DNA of 64,000 nt, from positions 160,001 to 224,000 of the forward strand of contig CALSNU010000006.1 in assembly GCA_943787795.1 (NCBI GenBank). The letters run 5' to 3'. Position numbers and translations under genes: made by a program. Shown piece after piece: positions 10,131-19,801 of this stretch (the first letter of the stretch is position 1; each line of letters opens with the position of its first letter). The notes under the pieces were generated by a model. It saw nothing but the letters and a program-made list of their open reading frames with translations. It made no database searches and was not told where the DNA came from. The DNA is from an uncultured bacterium. GTDB lineage: Bacteria; Planctomycetota; UBA1135; GCA-002686595.

Positions 10131-10337
10131 GTCGGCTCTTGGTGGTGGCGACACCAGTGGGGTCCGGGTCGCCGGGTGGGCGCCCGGAGACGGGCGCGAA
10201 TTTCTTGGATAAGGCAGCGCCCCCGCGATCGGTACAACCGAATCGCAGGGGCGCTTTGAGGAGTGTGCAGATCCCCACCCCCGCCGTCTACTTTTCCTGA
10301 CCTTCTCCGGGGGAACTTCCGGAGAGCTCGATCAGGA

Positions 10338-11528
10338 TCAGTCGACCGCGAGCAGCAGGCCCTTGAGGTAGCGCGATCGTCCGAAGTCGGGACGCTGCGG
10401 GTGATCATGGGAGGCCCCCATGGTCTCGAGGAGCCGGACGTCTCGCTCGGCGCGGCGCGCTGCCTGGAAGATCAGACCCGCGAAGCCGGGCAGATCCAGC
10501 GCGCCCGAGCACGAGAAGGTCGCGAGCAGACCGCCGGGCGCGGTGGCCGCCATGCCGAGAGCGTTGAGGTCGCGGTACTTGATCTTGGCAGCCTCGAGGT
10601 CCCGGGTCCCCTTGGCGAGCTTGTGCGGGTCAAGGATCACCAGCCCTGGCCGGCGGCTGCCTCCGGCCACCTCCCTGAGCACGTCAAAGGCGTCTGCGTG
10701 TCGCACCTGGACCTCGGCCTTGTTCTCACGGGCGGCTTGATCGGCGCGCGCCAGCGGCTCCTCATCAAGATCCACGGCCCGGACGCTGTGGGCACCGGCG
10801 AGCGCCGCAGGGATGCTGAAGCCGCCCGCGTGGCAGCACAGGTCAAGCACGTCCCGACCCCGCGCGAGGTCAGCGACCTTGCGACGATTATCGCGCTGGT
10901 CGCAGAACCAGCCCGTCTTGTGGCTGGCCCCCGGGTGCACGAGGAACCGGACGCCGAACTCATGGATGTAGCGGGGCTCGACCTCGTCGCCGTCCCGGCC
11001 TGGGTCAGCCTCGGGGAAGCCCTCGGGACCACGGGCGGTCCTGGCGAAGCGGTGGAGCACGGCGTGCCCCGGGAGCAGCTCCTGGAGGATGGACCCGACC
11101 ATTTCTCGGAGCTCCCAGAACCCCAGGCTGTGGTACTGGCAGACCAGGGCGTCGCCGAGCTTGTCGACGATGAGGCCGGACAGGTCGTCCCCCTCGGCGT
11201 GCACGATGCGATACGCGTCTGTGACATTCTCAAGCCCGAGGACCCGTCGACGGAGCCGCAGGGCGGCTGCGATGAGGCGCTGGAGATGCTGCCGGGGGCG
11301 CTCCAGGTCGCTCCTCCGGCCCCGACTCAGCATCCGGAGACGGATGTCAGAGGTGGAGTTGTAGAGCGCGTGTCCGCAGAATCGACCCGCACGATCGATG
11401 ACCTCCACGATGGAACCGTCCCTCGCGACGGGGCCGTCGGGGCCGTAGTCGTCCGTGAGTCGAGCGTAGACCCAGGGGCCCGGAGGGATTCGGTCCACCG
11501 CCAGGTGGACTTGTTCGTAAGGGGGCAT
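10338..11528 (-). CDS. class I SAM-dependent rRNA methyltransferase (RlmI-like)
   Basis: PWVY PUA-like N-terminus, YRIVHAEGDDLSGLIVD, HKTGWFCDQRDNR, VLDLCCHAGGFS, VILDP, TFSCSG and DHP...YLK. Confidence 0.88.
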   Translation of the reverse strand: MPPYEQVHLAVDRIPPGPWVYARLTDDYGPDGPVARDGSIVEVIDRAGRFCGHALYNSTSDIRLRMLSRGRRSDLERPRQHLQRLIAAALRLRRRVLGLENVTDAYRIVHAEGDDLSGLIVDKLGDALVCQYHSLGFWELREMVGSILQELLPGHAVLHRFARTARGPEGFPEADPGRDGDEVEPRYIHEFGVRFLVHPGASHKTGWFCDQRDNRRKVADLARGRDVLDLCCHAGGFSIPAALAGAHSVRAVDLDEEPLARADQAARENKAEVQVRHADAFDVLREVAGGSRRPGLVILDPHKLAKGTRDLEAAKIKYRDLNALGMAATAPGGLLATFSCSGALDLPGFAGLIFQAARRAERDVRLLETMGASHDHPQRPDFGRSRYLKGLLLAVD

Positions 11529-11597
11529 CCGCGGATCCTACTCCCGGCGCCAACCCCCGGGGGCCTTCGGGGGCCCCTTCCGACCACCACATCAGCC

Positions 11598-13751
11598 ATG
11601 CACGTCCTCCTCATCGAGACCATCGCCCTCATCGGCGCCACCGTCCACACCATGGAGCCCGGCCCGGACCCTGGCGGGGTTGTCGCTGCGGGCCCTGCGG
11701 TGGTGCTCATCGAGGACGGCCTGATTGTCGCCGTGGGGCCAGACGTCGAAATTCCGGCGGACGCGGAGCGGATCGAGCTCACTGGCCTCCACCTCGTCCC
11801 CGGGTTGACCGATGGGTGGTGCAGCTATGACCCGGATCAAGATCCGCTCTGGCTCGCGTCGGGGGTCACGACGGTGAGGGACATCGGCGCCTCGGCGGCC
11901 CAGGGCGTGTACCTCAAGTCCCTCGCGCTCCAGAGCCCCAGTCCGAGCCCACAGCTGCTCATCGGGTCTCCCATGTTCTTCGACGGACGACGATCCCAAG
12001 CTGGTGAGTTTGGACTCGGGGCCCCAGAGCAAGCCGCAGAGCAGATCGCCGAACTCCTCGAACTCGTCCAGGAGAGCAACGGAGCCTTCGACTACTTCAA
12101 GCACGACGGGAGCCTTGACGAGGGGCAGCTGCGAGTGGTCTGCCAGGCTGGCCTCGCCTACGGCGTCGAGTCGTGGGGCCCCGTCCCCCGAGAGGTCGGC
12201 ATCCTTCGTGCACGCGCAGCGGGTCAGTCAGGCCTCGTTGGCCTCGGGTCATTGCTGCCTGAGGGCGCCGACTTCGGGACCCTGTCCGAGGCGCAGGAGG
12301 CGGCACTGAACGCCTCCATCAACGATCTCGCGGAGGGCGACTGGAAGGTGGCGCCGGCGATGATGAGCCTCGCTCGCATCCTCCGCTCGAGCGGCCCCGA
12401 GGAGCCGGAGATCATGGCTGCCCTCGGACTCAACTACCTGAGCCAGTGGCGCTCCGAGCTGGAGACCTTCCAGATGCTCAGGGCCACCCAGGGCGACGCG
12501 CTGCTGGCTGCGGTGAAGGCTGAGCGCGAGACCCTTCGTAGGATCCACGAGGCCGGGATTCAGCTGGTCCCTTCCTCCGGTGCCCCGAGCCCAGCAATCG
12601 CGCCGGGTGGGGGCCTGGTGGACGAGCTCGAGGAGTGGGTCGCCGCTGGCATCCCCACGGAGGAGGTCCTCGCCCTCGCCACCCGCGGCGCAGCGGAGGC
12701 GGTGGGCGGAGCGGTGCCCGCTGGACGCGTCGCCCCCGGGTACGCCGCCGACCTGTTGGCCCTCTCCAGTGATCCGCGTCGCTCGATCGGCGCTCTGCGG
12801 GCCCCCGAGGTGATGATCCTGAAGGGCAAGGTGCGAGAGGGGTTCGAGCTGGAAGAGAGCGTGGTTCAGCTCGTCGAGGCCGAGGCTGCGGCGAGGCTCG
12901 CGCGCTCCCGCCCGGTGCCCCTTGATCCCCCTCCCATGCCGTCTGGAGAGCTCAAGGCCTCCGGGGTTCTGGAGGTCAAGCTCTACGGTGAGCGCACAGC
13001 CACCGAACGCTACGCCGTGGTTGAGCTGCCCAAGGGGCGGACCGCCTACGGTGCACGGGTCCGGTATGCCGGGCCGCCGGGACGGCCCGCAGTGGAGATG
13101 GTGGTGGTCCAGGTGATTCACGAGGGGCTTGTGGAGTTCCTCGACATGACCCTCAACGAGGTCGACGAGGCCGGGGTGCCGCAGAGGAAGGACGGCATCA
13201 ACCGCTTCCTCGCGAGGGCGCGGCCGGTGGGGGCGACCGGCCGGCTCGCCCTTGAACGGTTGGGAGATGGTCGGCTCATCGGGAGCGTGCGGGTTCCGGA
13301 ACCGATCGCCGCGGTCGAGGGCAGCATGGCCCTGCTGGGCCTGATTGCCGGGAAGCACTTTCCGGAGGGGCCGAGCTTCGTGATTCGCTTCGATGCCGTG
13401 CAGATGGAGCCGGTGGTCGAGCGGCGGATCCTCACCGTGGACCCCGTGCTCCACCGGTTGGACCTGGGTGGTCGCGGCACGATCAACACGTACGGGCTCA
13501 GTGGCGACGGAGCCATCCTGTTCGCGGTCACGGCAGACACGCGGAGCCGGACCGAGGGGGTGCCGCTGATCGGGACCCTTGACGATGAAGTGAGCGCGCT
13601 CGCCATCGATCAGAAACGGACGTACACCGGGGACCCGACCACCTGGGCCGATGATGCGCTGGCCAGGCCAGCGTCCGCACCGATCTCTGACCCAACCGCT
13701 GCGGGGACCTCAAAGGAGGCTGGTCCGGCGACTGGAGCGGGAGGAAAATGA
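11598..13751 (+). CDS. amidohydrolase-fold protein lacking the canonical metal ligands, with a C-terminal extension
   Basis: VLIEDGLIVAVG, HLVPGLTD, GVTTVRDIG, EVLALATRGAA and GRVAPGYAADLL framework; the HxH motif is replaced by GWCSY. Confidence 0.7.
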   Translation: MHVLLIETIALIGATVHTMEPGPDPGGVVAAGPAVVLIEDGLIVAVGPDVEIPADAERIELTGLHLVPGLTDGWCSYDPDQDPLWLASGVTTVRDIGASAAQGVYLKSLALQSPSPSPQLLIGSPMFFDGRRSQAGEFGLGAPEQAAEQIAELLELVQESNGAFDYFKHDGSLDEGQLRVVCQAGLAYGVESWGPVPREVGILRARAAGQSGLVGLGSLLPEGADFGTLSEAQEAALNASINDLAEGDWKVAPAMMSLARILRSSGPEEPEIMAALGLNYLSQWRSELETFQMLRATQGDALLAAVKAERETLRRIHEAGIQLVPSSGAPSPAIAPGGGLVDELEEWVAAGIPTEEVLALATRGAAEAVGGAVPAGRVAPGYAADLLALSSDPRRSIGALRAPEVMILKGKVREGFELEESVVQLVEAEAAARLARSRPVPLDPPPMPSGELKASGVLEVKLYGERTATERYAVVELPKGRTAYGARVRYAGPPGRPAVEMVVVQVIHEGLVEFLDMTLNEVDEAGVPQRKDGINRFLARARPVGATGRLALERLGDGRLIGSVRVPEPIAAVEGSMALLGLIAGKHFPEGPSFVIRFDAVQMEPVVERRILTVDPVLHRLDLGGRGTINTYGLSGDGAILFAVTADTRSRTEGVPLIGTLDDEVSALAIDQKRTYTGDPTTWADDALARPASAPISDPTAAGTSKEAGPATGAGGK

Positions 13752-14998
13752 GCACGGGACCGGACGCCGATTCAAGCCACGGGAGGGTCGCGACTCCGCT
13801 CAATCGAGAGGTGCCCGTTGCATCACCCGGCGAGTTTGGGCCGCTGCAACTCGGGGACGGACGGGTGAGCGAGCGGGGTCAGCTCCGCGTCTGGCCGCCG
13901 GTGATCCTCGCGCCGATGGCCGGGGTAACCAACCTGGCGTTCCGCTCGCTGTGCCGTGAGTACGGGGCCGGGCTGTACGTCTCCGAGATGATCACCGCGC
14001 GCGGCTACCTCATGGGGAACCGGCTCACGGCGCTGCTCGCCTCTTCCGCGCCAGACGAGAAGCCCCGGTCCGTCCAGGTCTACGGGGCTGACCCCGTGGA
14101 TCTTGGGGAGATGGTCCGCAGCCTCGTGGACGAAGGAGTAGACCACCTCGATATCAACATGGGATGCCCGGTGCCCAAGGTGACCCGCGCGGGAGGAGGG
14201 AGCGCGATCCCATGCAAGCCGAAGCTGCTCGCGCGGCTCGTTCGGGCCATGGTCCAGAACGCTGGCGACGTCCCGGTCACGGTCAAGATGCGCAAGGGCA
14301 TCCACGACGAGCTGCTGACGTTCGAGCAGGCGGGCCTCGCCGCCGCCGCAGAGGGGGCCTCGGCGGTGGGGCTCCACGCGCGCACGGCCGCACAGCTGTA
14401 TTCGGGCGAGGCGGACTGGGACGCTATCGGCCGGCTGGTTGAGGTCCTGGACGTCCCGGTGCTGGGCAACGGTGACATCTGGGAGTCCTTCGACGCCCTG
14501 CGGATGATGCGTCGCACCGGCTGCGCGGGCGTCATCGTGGGGAGGGGCTGCCTGGGAAGGCCGTGGCTCTTCGGCGAGCTGGCCGACGTCTTTGACGGCC
14601 GAGAGCCCGGCGTGCCGCCCGACTTCGGACAGGTCGTCGAGATCATGATGGGGCACGGTCAGCGCCTGGTGGAGCTGTTCGGGGAGACGGTTGGGGTGAG
14701 GCAGATGCGCAAGTGGACCGCCTGGTACACCAAGGGCTTCCGCGGCTCCGCGAGGGTGCGTGGACGCCTCATGCGTATCGAATCCCTTGAAGACATCCGT
14801 ACGGCCGTCGCGGAGCTGGATCATTCGGAGCCCTTCCCCGTGACCGCCCTCCGCGCGATGCGGGCGAAGGGGTCCAAGGTCCAGACGGTCAAGCTGCCCG
14901 AGGGCTACCTCAAGGAGCTCGATGACGACACGCCGCCCAAGGGGCCGCGGACCCTCGACGAGATCGAGGCCTGGGAGAAGGCGCTCAATGGAGGCTGA
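13748..14998 (+). CDS. dusB: tRNA-dihydrouridine synthase DusB
   Basis: LAPMAGVT, SEMI, DINMGCPVPKV, VTVKMRKG, LHART, GNGDI and GRGCLGRPWLF. Confidence 0.92.
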   Translation: MSTGPDADSSHGRVATPLNREVPVASPGEFGPLQLGDGRVSERGQLRVWPPVILAPMAGVTNLAFRSLCREYGAGLYVSEMITARGYLMGNRLTALLASSAPDEKPRSVQVYGADPVDLGEMVRSLVDEGVDHLDINMGCPVPKVTRAGGGSAIPCKPKLLARLVRAMVQNAGDVPVTVKMRKGIHDELLTFEQAGLAAAAEGASAVGLHARTAAQLYSGEADWDAIGRLVEVLDVPVLGNGDIWESFDALRMMRRTGCAGVIVGRGCLGRPWLFGELADVFDGREPGVPPDFGQVVEIMMGHGQRLVELFGETVGVRQMRKWTAWYTKGFRGSARVRGRLMRIESLEDIRTAVAELDHSEPFPVTALRAMRAKGSKVQTVKLPEGYLKELDDDTPPKGPRTLDEIEAWEKALNGG

Positions 14999-16262
14999 GG
15001 CGAACATTCAGGACGTGCTGGTCCTCGGGGCGGGTGCAGCAGGGCTCTGGTGCGCGGAGGTCGCGGCCCGTGGTGGGCGCGATGTGCTCGTGCTGGAGAA
15101 GGTCTCCCGGACGGGCACGAAGGTGCTCGCCAGCGGCGGCACCCGGTGCAATATCACCACCACGCTCGGGGCAGCGGAGGCCGGCCGTCTCTTCGGCCCA
15201 AAGGGTGAGCGCTTTGTGCGTGCCGGTTTCCGCAACCTGACCCCGGCAGCGGTCCGAGCGCGCTTCGAGACCTGGGGCGTCCCCACGGAGGAGGCGCCGC
15301 TCGAGAAGATTTTCCCCTCCTCCGGGAACGCGAAGGACGTCCGCGACGCTCTCGAGGGAGCCGCTCGCGGAGCCGGCGCGCGGATCCATCTGGACGACGG
15401 CGCGGTGGCCGTCGAACGGGAGGGCGACGCCTGGGTCGTCCGGACGGCAGCCGGCAATTCGTGGCGGGCCCGAGCTCTGGTGCTGGCGGTGGGTGGGAAG
15501 AGCTACCCCAAGACTGGAACCACGGGTGATGGCTATGCGTGGCTCGAGGCCCTGGGGCTTGAACTGGTGGAACCGGTCCCTGCGCTCGTCCCGCTGACCT
15601 CCGAGGCCCCTTGGGTCCATGAATTGACGGGGATCGCGTGGCAGGGAGGGGAGGCCCGCCTGGAGGACGACGGAGGGCGCGTTCTTGAGCGCCGCCGCCG
15701 CCCGATCATGTTCACCCATCGCGGGGTCTCCGGGCCTGCCTCGATGGACCTCTCCCATCACGTGGCCCGCGGGGCGGGGGCCGACCTTCGCCTTCGCGTG
15801 GACTTCTTCCCAGCCCTCGACCGCGAGGCCCTGCGCGCGGCGCTCGTGGCCTCCGCAGGACTCCCTGGTGCCCCTCGGCTGCAGCGGGCGTTGGGGACGC
15901 TGGAGACGGGGCCCATGCCACGGCGGCTGTTCGACGCCGTGGCGTCGGCGGCCAGCCTCCGAAGCGACGTCGCGGTCAACGGATTGGACCGCAAGAGCCG
16001 CCACGCTTTGGTCGAGGCGATGAAGGGCCTGCCCGTTCCCGTGCACGGCACCGTCGGGTGGGACCACGCCGAGGTCACCGCGGGTGGACTGGCACTGCGC
16101 GAGGTCAACCCTCGGAGCATGGCCGTGAATCGCTGTCCCGGCTTGTTTGTGATCGGAGAGCTCCTCGACCTCAATGGCCCTATCGGCGGCCTCTCGTTTC
16201 AAGCCGCCTTCGCGACGGCGCAGCTGGCGGGCGAGGCGCTCGCTGCGGCAGCGCCCTCCTGA
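14988..16262 (+). CDS. HI0933/BaiN-family NAD(P)/FAD-dependent oxidoreductase
   Basis: GAGAAGL, GTKVLASGGTRCNIT, GGKSYPKTGTTGDGY, MFTHRGVSGPA, AEVTAGG and GELLDLNGPIGG. Confidence 0.92.
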   Translation: MEAEANIQDVLVLGAGAAGLWCAEVAARGGRDVLVLEKVSRTGTKVLASGGTRCNITTTLGAAEAGRLFGPKGERFVRAGFRNLTPAAVRARFETWGVPTEEAPLEKIFPSSGNAKDVRDALEGAARGAGARIHLDDGAVAVEREGDAWVVRTAAGNSWRARALVLAVGGKSYPKTGTTGDGYAWLEALGLELVEPVPALVPLTSEAPWVHELTGIAWQGGEARLEDDGGRVLERRRRPIMFTHRGVSGPASMDLSHHVARGAGADLRLRVDFFPALDREALRAALVASAGLPGAPRLQRALGTLETGPMPRRLFDAVASAASLRSDVAVNGLDRKSRHALVEAMKGLPVPVHGTVGWDHAEVTAGGLALREVNPRSMAVNRCPGLFVIGELLDLNGPIGGLSFQAAFATAQLAGEALAAAAPS

Positions 16263-16351
16263 TGCCGCAGGGCGGGCGAGGGTCAAGTCCACGGCCCATA
16301 CCGACGCGGCGCCCCAGCCTTGGCAGCGGAGAAGGTCTCCGGACGACCCCC

Positions 16352-16457
16352 GGGCCACGTCTATCCGGGGCAACGCCTAACGGGGGGCAACGTCTAACGG
16401 GGGGCAACGTCTGACCGGGGGCAGTGTTTAACCGGGGGCAATGCCTACCTCGGGGCA
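16352..16457. repeat. tandem array of about six 17-bp units (GGGGGCAACGTCTAAC-like)
   Basis: Cores at 16371, 16388, 16405, 16422 and 16439 (period 17); the last unit contains the stop codon of 16445..17644. Confidence 0.85.
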
Positions 16458-17644
16458 CCGCCGCCCTTGGGGGGCGCGCCTACCGGCTCCGGCGCGGGTG
16501 CAGGGGGCCGGGGATCGAAGGCCCCGTATTCCCTGAGGATGCCCTCGAAGGTTCTCCTGGCCCAGTCCTTGGACTCTTCGAGGCTCTTCATCCTGGCCCT
16601 GGAACGGGCGACGACCTCGGGGTCGTCGTCGGCCTGGGCCGCGCGCTCCTCGAACCACTTCCCCCAGCCCTTCACCGACGGCAGGTCCTCCGCGAGCTTG
16701 ACGGGATCGGAGCTCTGCAGCTCCCAGAAGCCGTTCAGGCGGAGCTTGCTGGGGCCGTAGCCGCCGGGGAGGACCGGATCAGCGGAGAGGTAGGTGCGAG
16801 CGAGGGCTGTCCGTAGAGCCCGATACTTGCGGAGCTTCGCGTAGTGAATACCGAGGCGGTCGTAGAGCGGTCGCTGCTTGCGGCCCGCGACTGGTGCGAC
16901 GAAGCTGCTCCAATCGTCTTCGAGATCGTGCAGCATGCCGAGACACTCCACATCGGGCATCTCGATCTCGGTGCCTGAGGACCAGGCCTCGTACAGCGTG
17001 ATCTCGCGATAGGCGTTTCCGCTCCGGTCCGAGTAGGCGTGAGAGAAGGCCCTGGCCTCAGCGCGGACCTCCCCGCCGTCCAGCTGCTGCTCCACGAGGG
17101 CCTCCACGAGATCGGTGTAGGGGCTGAGCCCGCGGCAGGCGTTGAAGGCGATCCGCTCGGGTTCGTCCCAGCGGGCCTCCATGGCGACGCTGCCGGCGCT
17201 CCAGTCATACCCATAGGCGGGCCTCAGGTCTCGCACACGGCGACCTCCGACCAGCTTCTCCACGGTCGCGCTGAACCTCGGCTTGGAGGTGTCCACGAAC
17301 TTTCTGGGGATGAGCTGCGCCGGGGCGTGCTTGGCCGTGTCGTACAGCGGCGGCTGCTCCGACGCGGCGGGCCAGTCGAAGCGGTTGGCGCGGTGCTGAT
17401 CGAGGACAAAGCGCTCCAGCGTGGACCGGAAGTCCTTGGCGCGGTCGCACTCGGCGACGAACCAATCCACGGTGTCCTTTTGATCCGCCGGTGAGAGCCC
17501 CTGCCAGGCTGCGAAGAGCTCCGCGTCCTTGGGCGCTGAGTTCGAGGGAGCGGTCTCCCCCGACTGCGCTTGGGCCGAGGCAATGGGCAGGAGAGCGAGC
17601 AGCGGAGCGGCGAACACGCGCCGCGTCTTGGAGTGCGAGACCAT
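16445..17644 (-). CDS. hypothetical secreted protein
   Basis: 399-aa ORF with signal peptide MVSHSKTRRVFAAPLLALLPIASAQA; no recognised motif. Confidence 0.75.
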   Translation of the reverse strand: MVSHSKTRRVFAAPLLALLPIASAQAQSGETAPSNSAPKDAELFAAWQGLSPADQKDTVDWFVAECDRAKDFRSTLERFVLDQHRANRFDWPAASEQPPLYDTAKHAPAQLIPRKFVDTSKPRFSATVEKLVGGRRVRDLRPAYGYDWSAGSVAMEARWDEPERIAFNACRGLSPYTDLVEALVEQQLDGGEVRAEARAFSHAYSDRSGNAYREITLYEAWSSGTEIEMPDVECLGMLHDLEDDWSSFVAPVAGRKQRPLYDRLGIHYAKLRKYRALRTALARTYLSADPVLPGGYGPSKLRLNGFWELQSSDPVKLAEDLPSVKGWGKWFEERAAQADDDPEVVARSRARMKSLEESKDWARRTFEGILREYGAFDPRPPAPAPEPVGAPPKGGGAPR

Positions 17645-17770
17645 GCCGCCATCATCCCTGTCCGAGGGCGGGGGGTCTAGAACCCCGAGGAAAGCCTCGG
17701 GTTCAACCCTTCATTCGTTGCCGGCGCTGCTCGCCGAGACAAGCAGCGACGCTCAGCCGTGCGGGGTCCC

Positions 17771-17804
17771 AAAAAAAATGGGGGCGGGTCCGAGGACCCG
17801 CCCC
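17771..17804 (-). terminator. intrinsic terminator
   Basis: GC-rich perfect hairpin followed by a T8 tract on the minus strand. Confidence 0.85.
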
Positions 17805-17978
17805 ACGGGAGGGTGCGACCGAGAGCAAGAGGGGGATGTCTCGATCGCAGCGACTTGCGTCGCCTTGGAGGCGCAACGTCCAGGCGGAAGATGCCGGCAG
17901 ACCGTCTCGCTACCACCGCACAGTGACGAGGGGTCGGGGGGAGCCAGCGGATCCGTGACTGGGTGCGCCTCACCGCAC
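17771..17978 (-). ncRNA. candidate multi-hairpin small RNA
   Basis: No credible ORF; consecutive stem-loops ending in GGGGCGGGTCC-TC-GGACCCGCCCC plus ATTTTTTTT; TACTGT -10-like box at about 17985-17990. Confidence 0.4.
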
Positions 17979-18096
17979 GCGAGAACAGTACCCCCGGGAC
18001 GAGGCGGGCCGGGGCTCCACCGTGAAAAAAAGGCCGCACTGTCTCGACTCGGCCCAGAAACGGGGCTGAGGGCCTCTGGGTTGGGGGAAACCCTAT

Positions 18097-19497
18097 CTAG
18101 CGATCCTGCCTTCCACCGCGCCGGCGTCTGCGCCGGCGCCGTTTCCGCGTCTTCTTGCGCTCCTCATCCAGCTGGTCGCCGCCTGCGGCACGGGCACGCT
18201 CTGCGCGGTCGCGCCATGCCTCGACGATATCCAGTCCGACACCGCGGGCCTGCGACCTCAACTGGAAGAGCAGGAAGGCGTCCATGAACTCCTCGGAGCG
18301 CGCGAAGAGGATCTCGGAGAACCGCTCGGGAGGCGCGACGAAGTTCTGCTGTGCCACGAGCGCTTTGCGGGCACGGGTGAAGTCCTTCTTCGGGAGCCGG
18401 GTTCGTTCGGCGATGCTATCCAGCAGCTCCCACGCCGCGTCAAGCCGCGCGCGGTTGTCCAGCGGCTCGGCGTCCTTGGCGCGGCGCGCCAGCTCCATCT
18501 CGTAGGGGAGGAGGAAGAGCAGGGCCACGATCAGCCCCGAAGAGGGCGGCTCGTGATCGCCGCTCTGGACGTGGGCATCGAGCGCCGCCAGCAGGTCCCA
18601 GAAGGGCTCGGCGCGCTCGGGGATATCGTCCTCGGGCCCGAGGTACTGCTCGAGGATGGGCACGAGAACGTCCAGCGCACCGACGTCCCGCAGCATCTGG
18701 AATGCCGCCGTGGCCACCCCAGATCGGGCGAGCCTGAAGATCTCCTCAAGGACACGTGGGGCCGCCGCCTTGTCCAGATCGGGGGCCACGTCACACATGG
18801 CGTCCCAGGTAGGGTCATCGATCTCGAGATCCAGCCGGGTGGCGAACTTGACGGCCCGTAGGATCCGCACCGGATCCTCGGCGAGCCGAACCTCGGGATC
18901 TCCAATCGTCCTCAGGGACCGCTTCTCCAGGTCCGCGAGGCCTCCCACGTGATCGAGGATCTCATGGCTACTGGGGTCCAGAAAGAGGGCGTTGACCGTG
19001 AAGTCACGCCTCTTGGCATCGGACTGAGCCGTCCCGTACTCGTTGTCGTCGACGATGAGCAGGTCATCGTCATCGGTGGGCTGGTCCCCCGGTGCGGCGC
19101 GGAAGGTCGCCGTCTCGATGATGTGATCGCCGTAGAAGATGTGCGCCAACTTGAAGCGGCGCCCGATGATCCGGCAATTTCGAAAGAGGCGGCGGATCTC
19201 CGAGGGGCGCGCGCTGGTCGCGACGTCGAAGTCCTTGGGCCGGCGCCCGATGAGCAGGTCGCGGACGCATCCGCCGACGAAGTAAGCCTCGTGCCCATGG
19301 GCCTGGAGGCGCTGGACCGCCCGCTTGGCGTCGCGGTGGAGCAGACCCGGGTCGATATTGGTCGCAGGGACGCGGAGCGCTCCACTCCCACCGCCCTTCT
19401 TGCGGCGGGGCCGGGCCCGGCCGCGATCGCTGCGGGGGGCACGGTCTCCGTCGCGGGCACGTTCGGCGGGGTCTTCCTTGGACTGACGGGGGCTCAT
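18097..19497 (-). CDS. pcnB: poly(A) polymerase I
   Basis: YFVGGCVRDLL, PKDFDVAT, PAP-type signature IIGRRFKLAHI, RRDFTVNAL, EDPVRILRA and an Arg-rich C-terminus. Confidence 0.93.
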   Translation of the reverse strand: MSPRQSKEDPAERARDGDRAPRSDRGRARPRRKKGGGSGALRVPATNIDPGLLHRDAKRAVQRLQAHGHEAYFVGGCVRDLLIGRRPKDFDVATSARPSEIRRLFRNCRIIGRRFKLAHIFYGDHIIETATFRAAPGDQPTDDDDLLIVDDNEYGTAQSDAKRRDFTVNALFLDPSSHEILDHVGGLADLEKRSLRTIGDPEVRLAEDPVRILRAVKFATRLDLEIDDPTWDAMCDVAPDLDKAAAPRVLEEIFRLARSGVATAAFQMLRDVGALDVLVPILEQYLGPEDDIPERAEPFWDLLAALDAHVQSGDHEPPSSGLIVALLFLLPYEMELARRAKDAEPLDNRARLDAAWELLDSIAERTRLPKKDFTRARKALVAQQNFVAPPERFSEILFARSEEFMDAFLLFQLRSQARGVGLDIVEAWRDRAERARAAGGDQLDEERKKTRKRRRRRRRRGGRQDR

Positions 19498-19567
19498 TGG
19501 CGAGAGATCTTAGTCATGAACGGGCTCGCGTGCATGAAGTCCGGGGATCGGATGCCCCGAGTGGCGG

Positions 19568-19596
19568 TTGCCCGAGGCAGTTCTCGGGGCTAAGGT
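19568..19596 (+). promoter_or_regulatory. sigma70-type promoter of tRNA-Trp
   Basis: TTGCCC-17 nt-TAAGGT ending 12 nt before the tRNA. Confidence 0.6.
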
Positions 19597-19608
19597 TCAG
19601 CCGCGCGG

Positions 19609-19685
19609 AGGGCAGTAGCTCCAATCGGTAGAGCGACTGATTCCAAATCAGTAGGTTCGGGGTTCGAATCCCTGCTGCCCTGCCA
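19609..19685 (+). tRNA. tRNA-Trp (CCA)
   Basis: AGGGCAGTAGCTCCAATCGGTAGAGC-ACTGATT-CCA-AATCAGT...GGTTCGAATCC..CTGCCCTGCCA. Confidence 0.97.
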
Positions 19686-19801
19686 CCCCTCTCCTCGCCT
19701 CCAGCGGAGGCGCCCAGCTCACTGGCCAGGGGGCTGATCGGCCCCCCCCGGCGTCGTGCGCGACGGTCTCCCCCGCGCTCACCTCGTACCTTCCCGGATC
19801 G

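Noticed and set aside
10263..11597. N-terminal 445 aa of the 1162-aa ORF, an apparent giant fusion
   Set aside because: It is the antisense shadow of the RlmI-like gene; the credible protein begins at ATG 11598.
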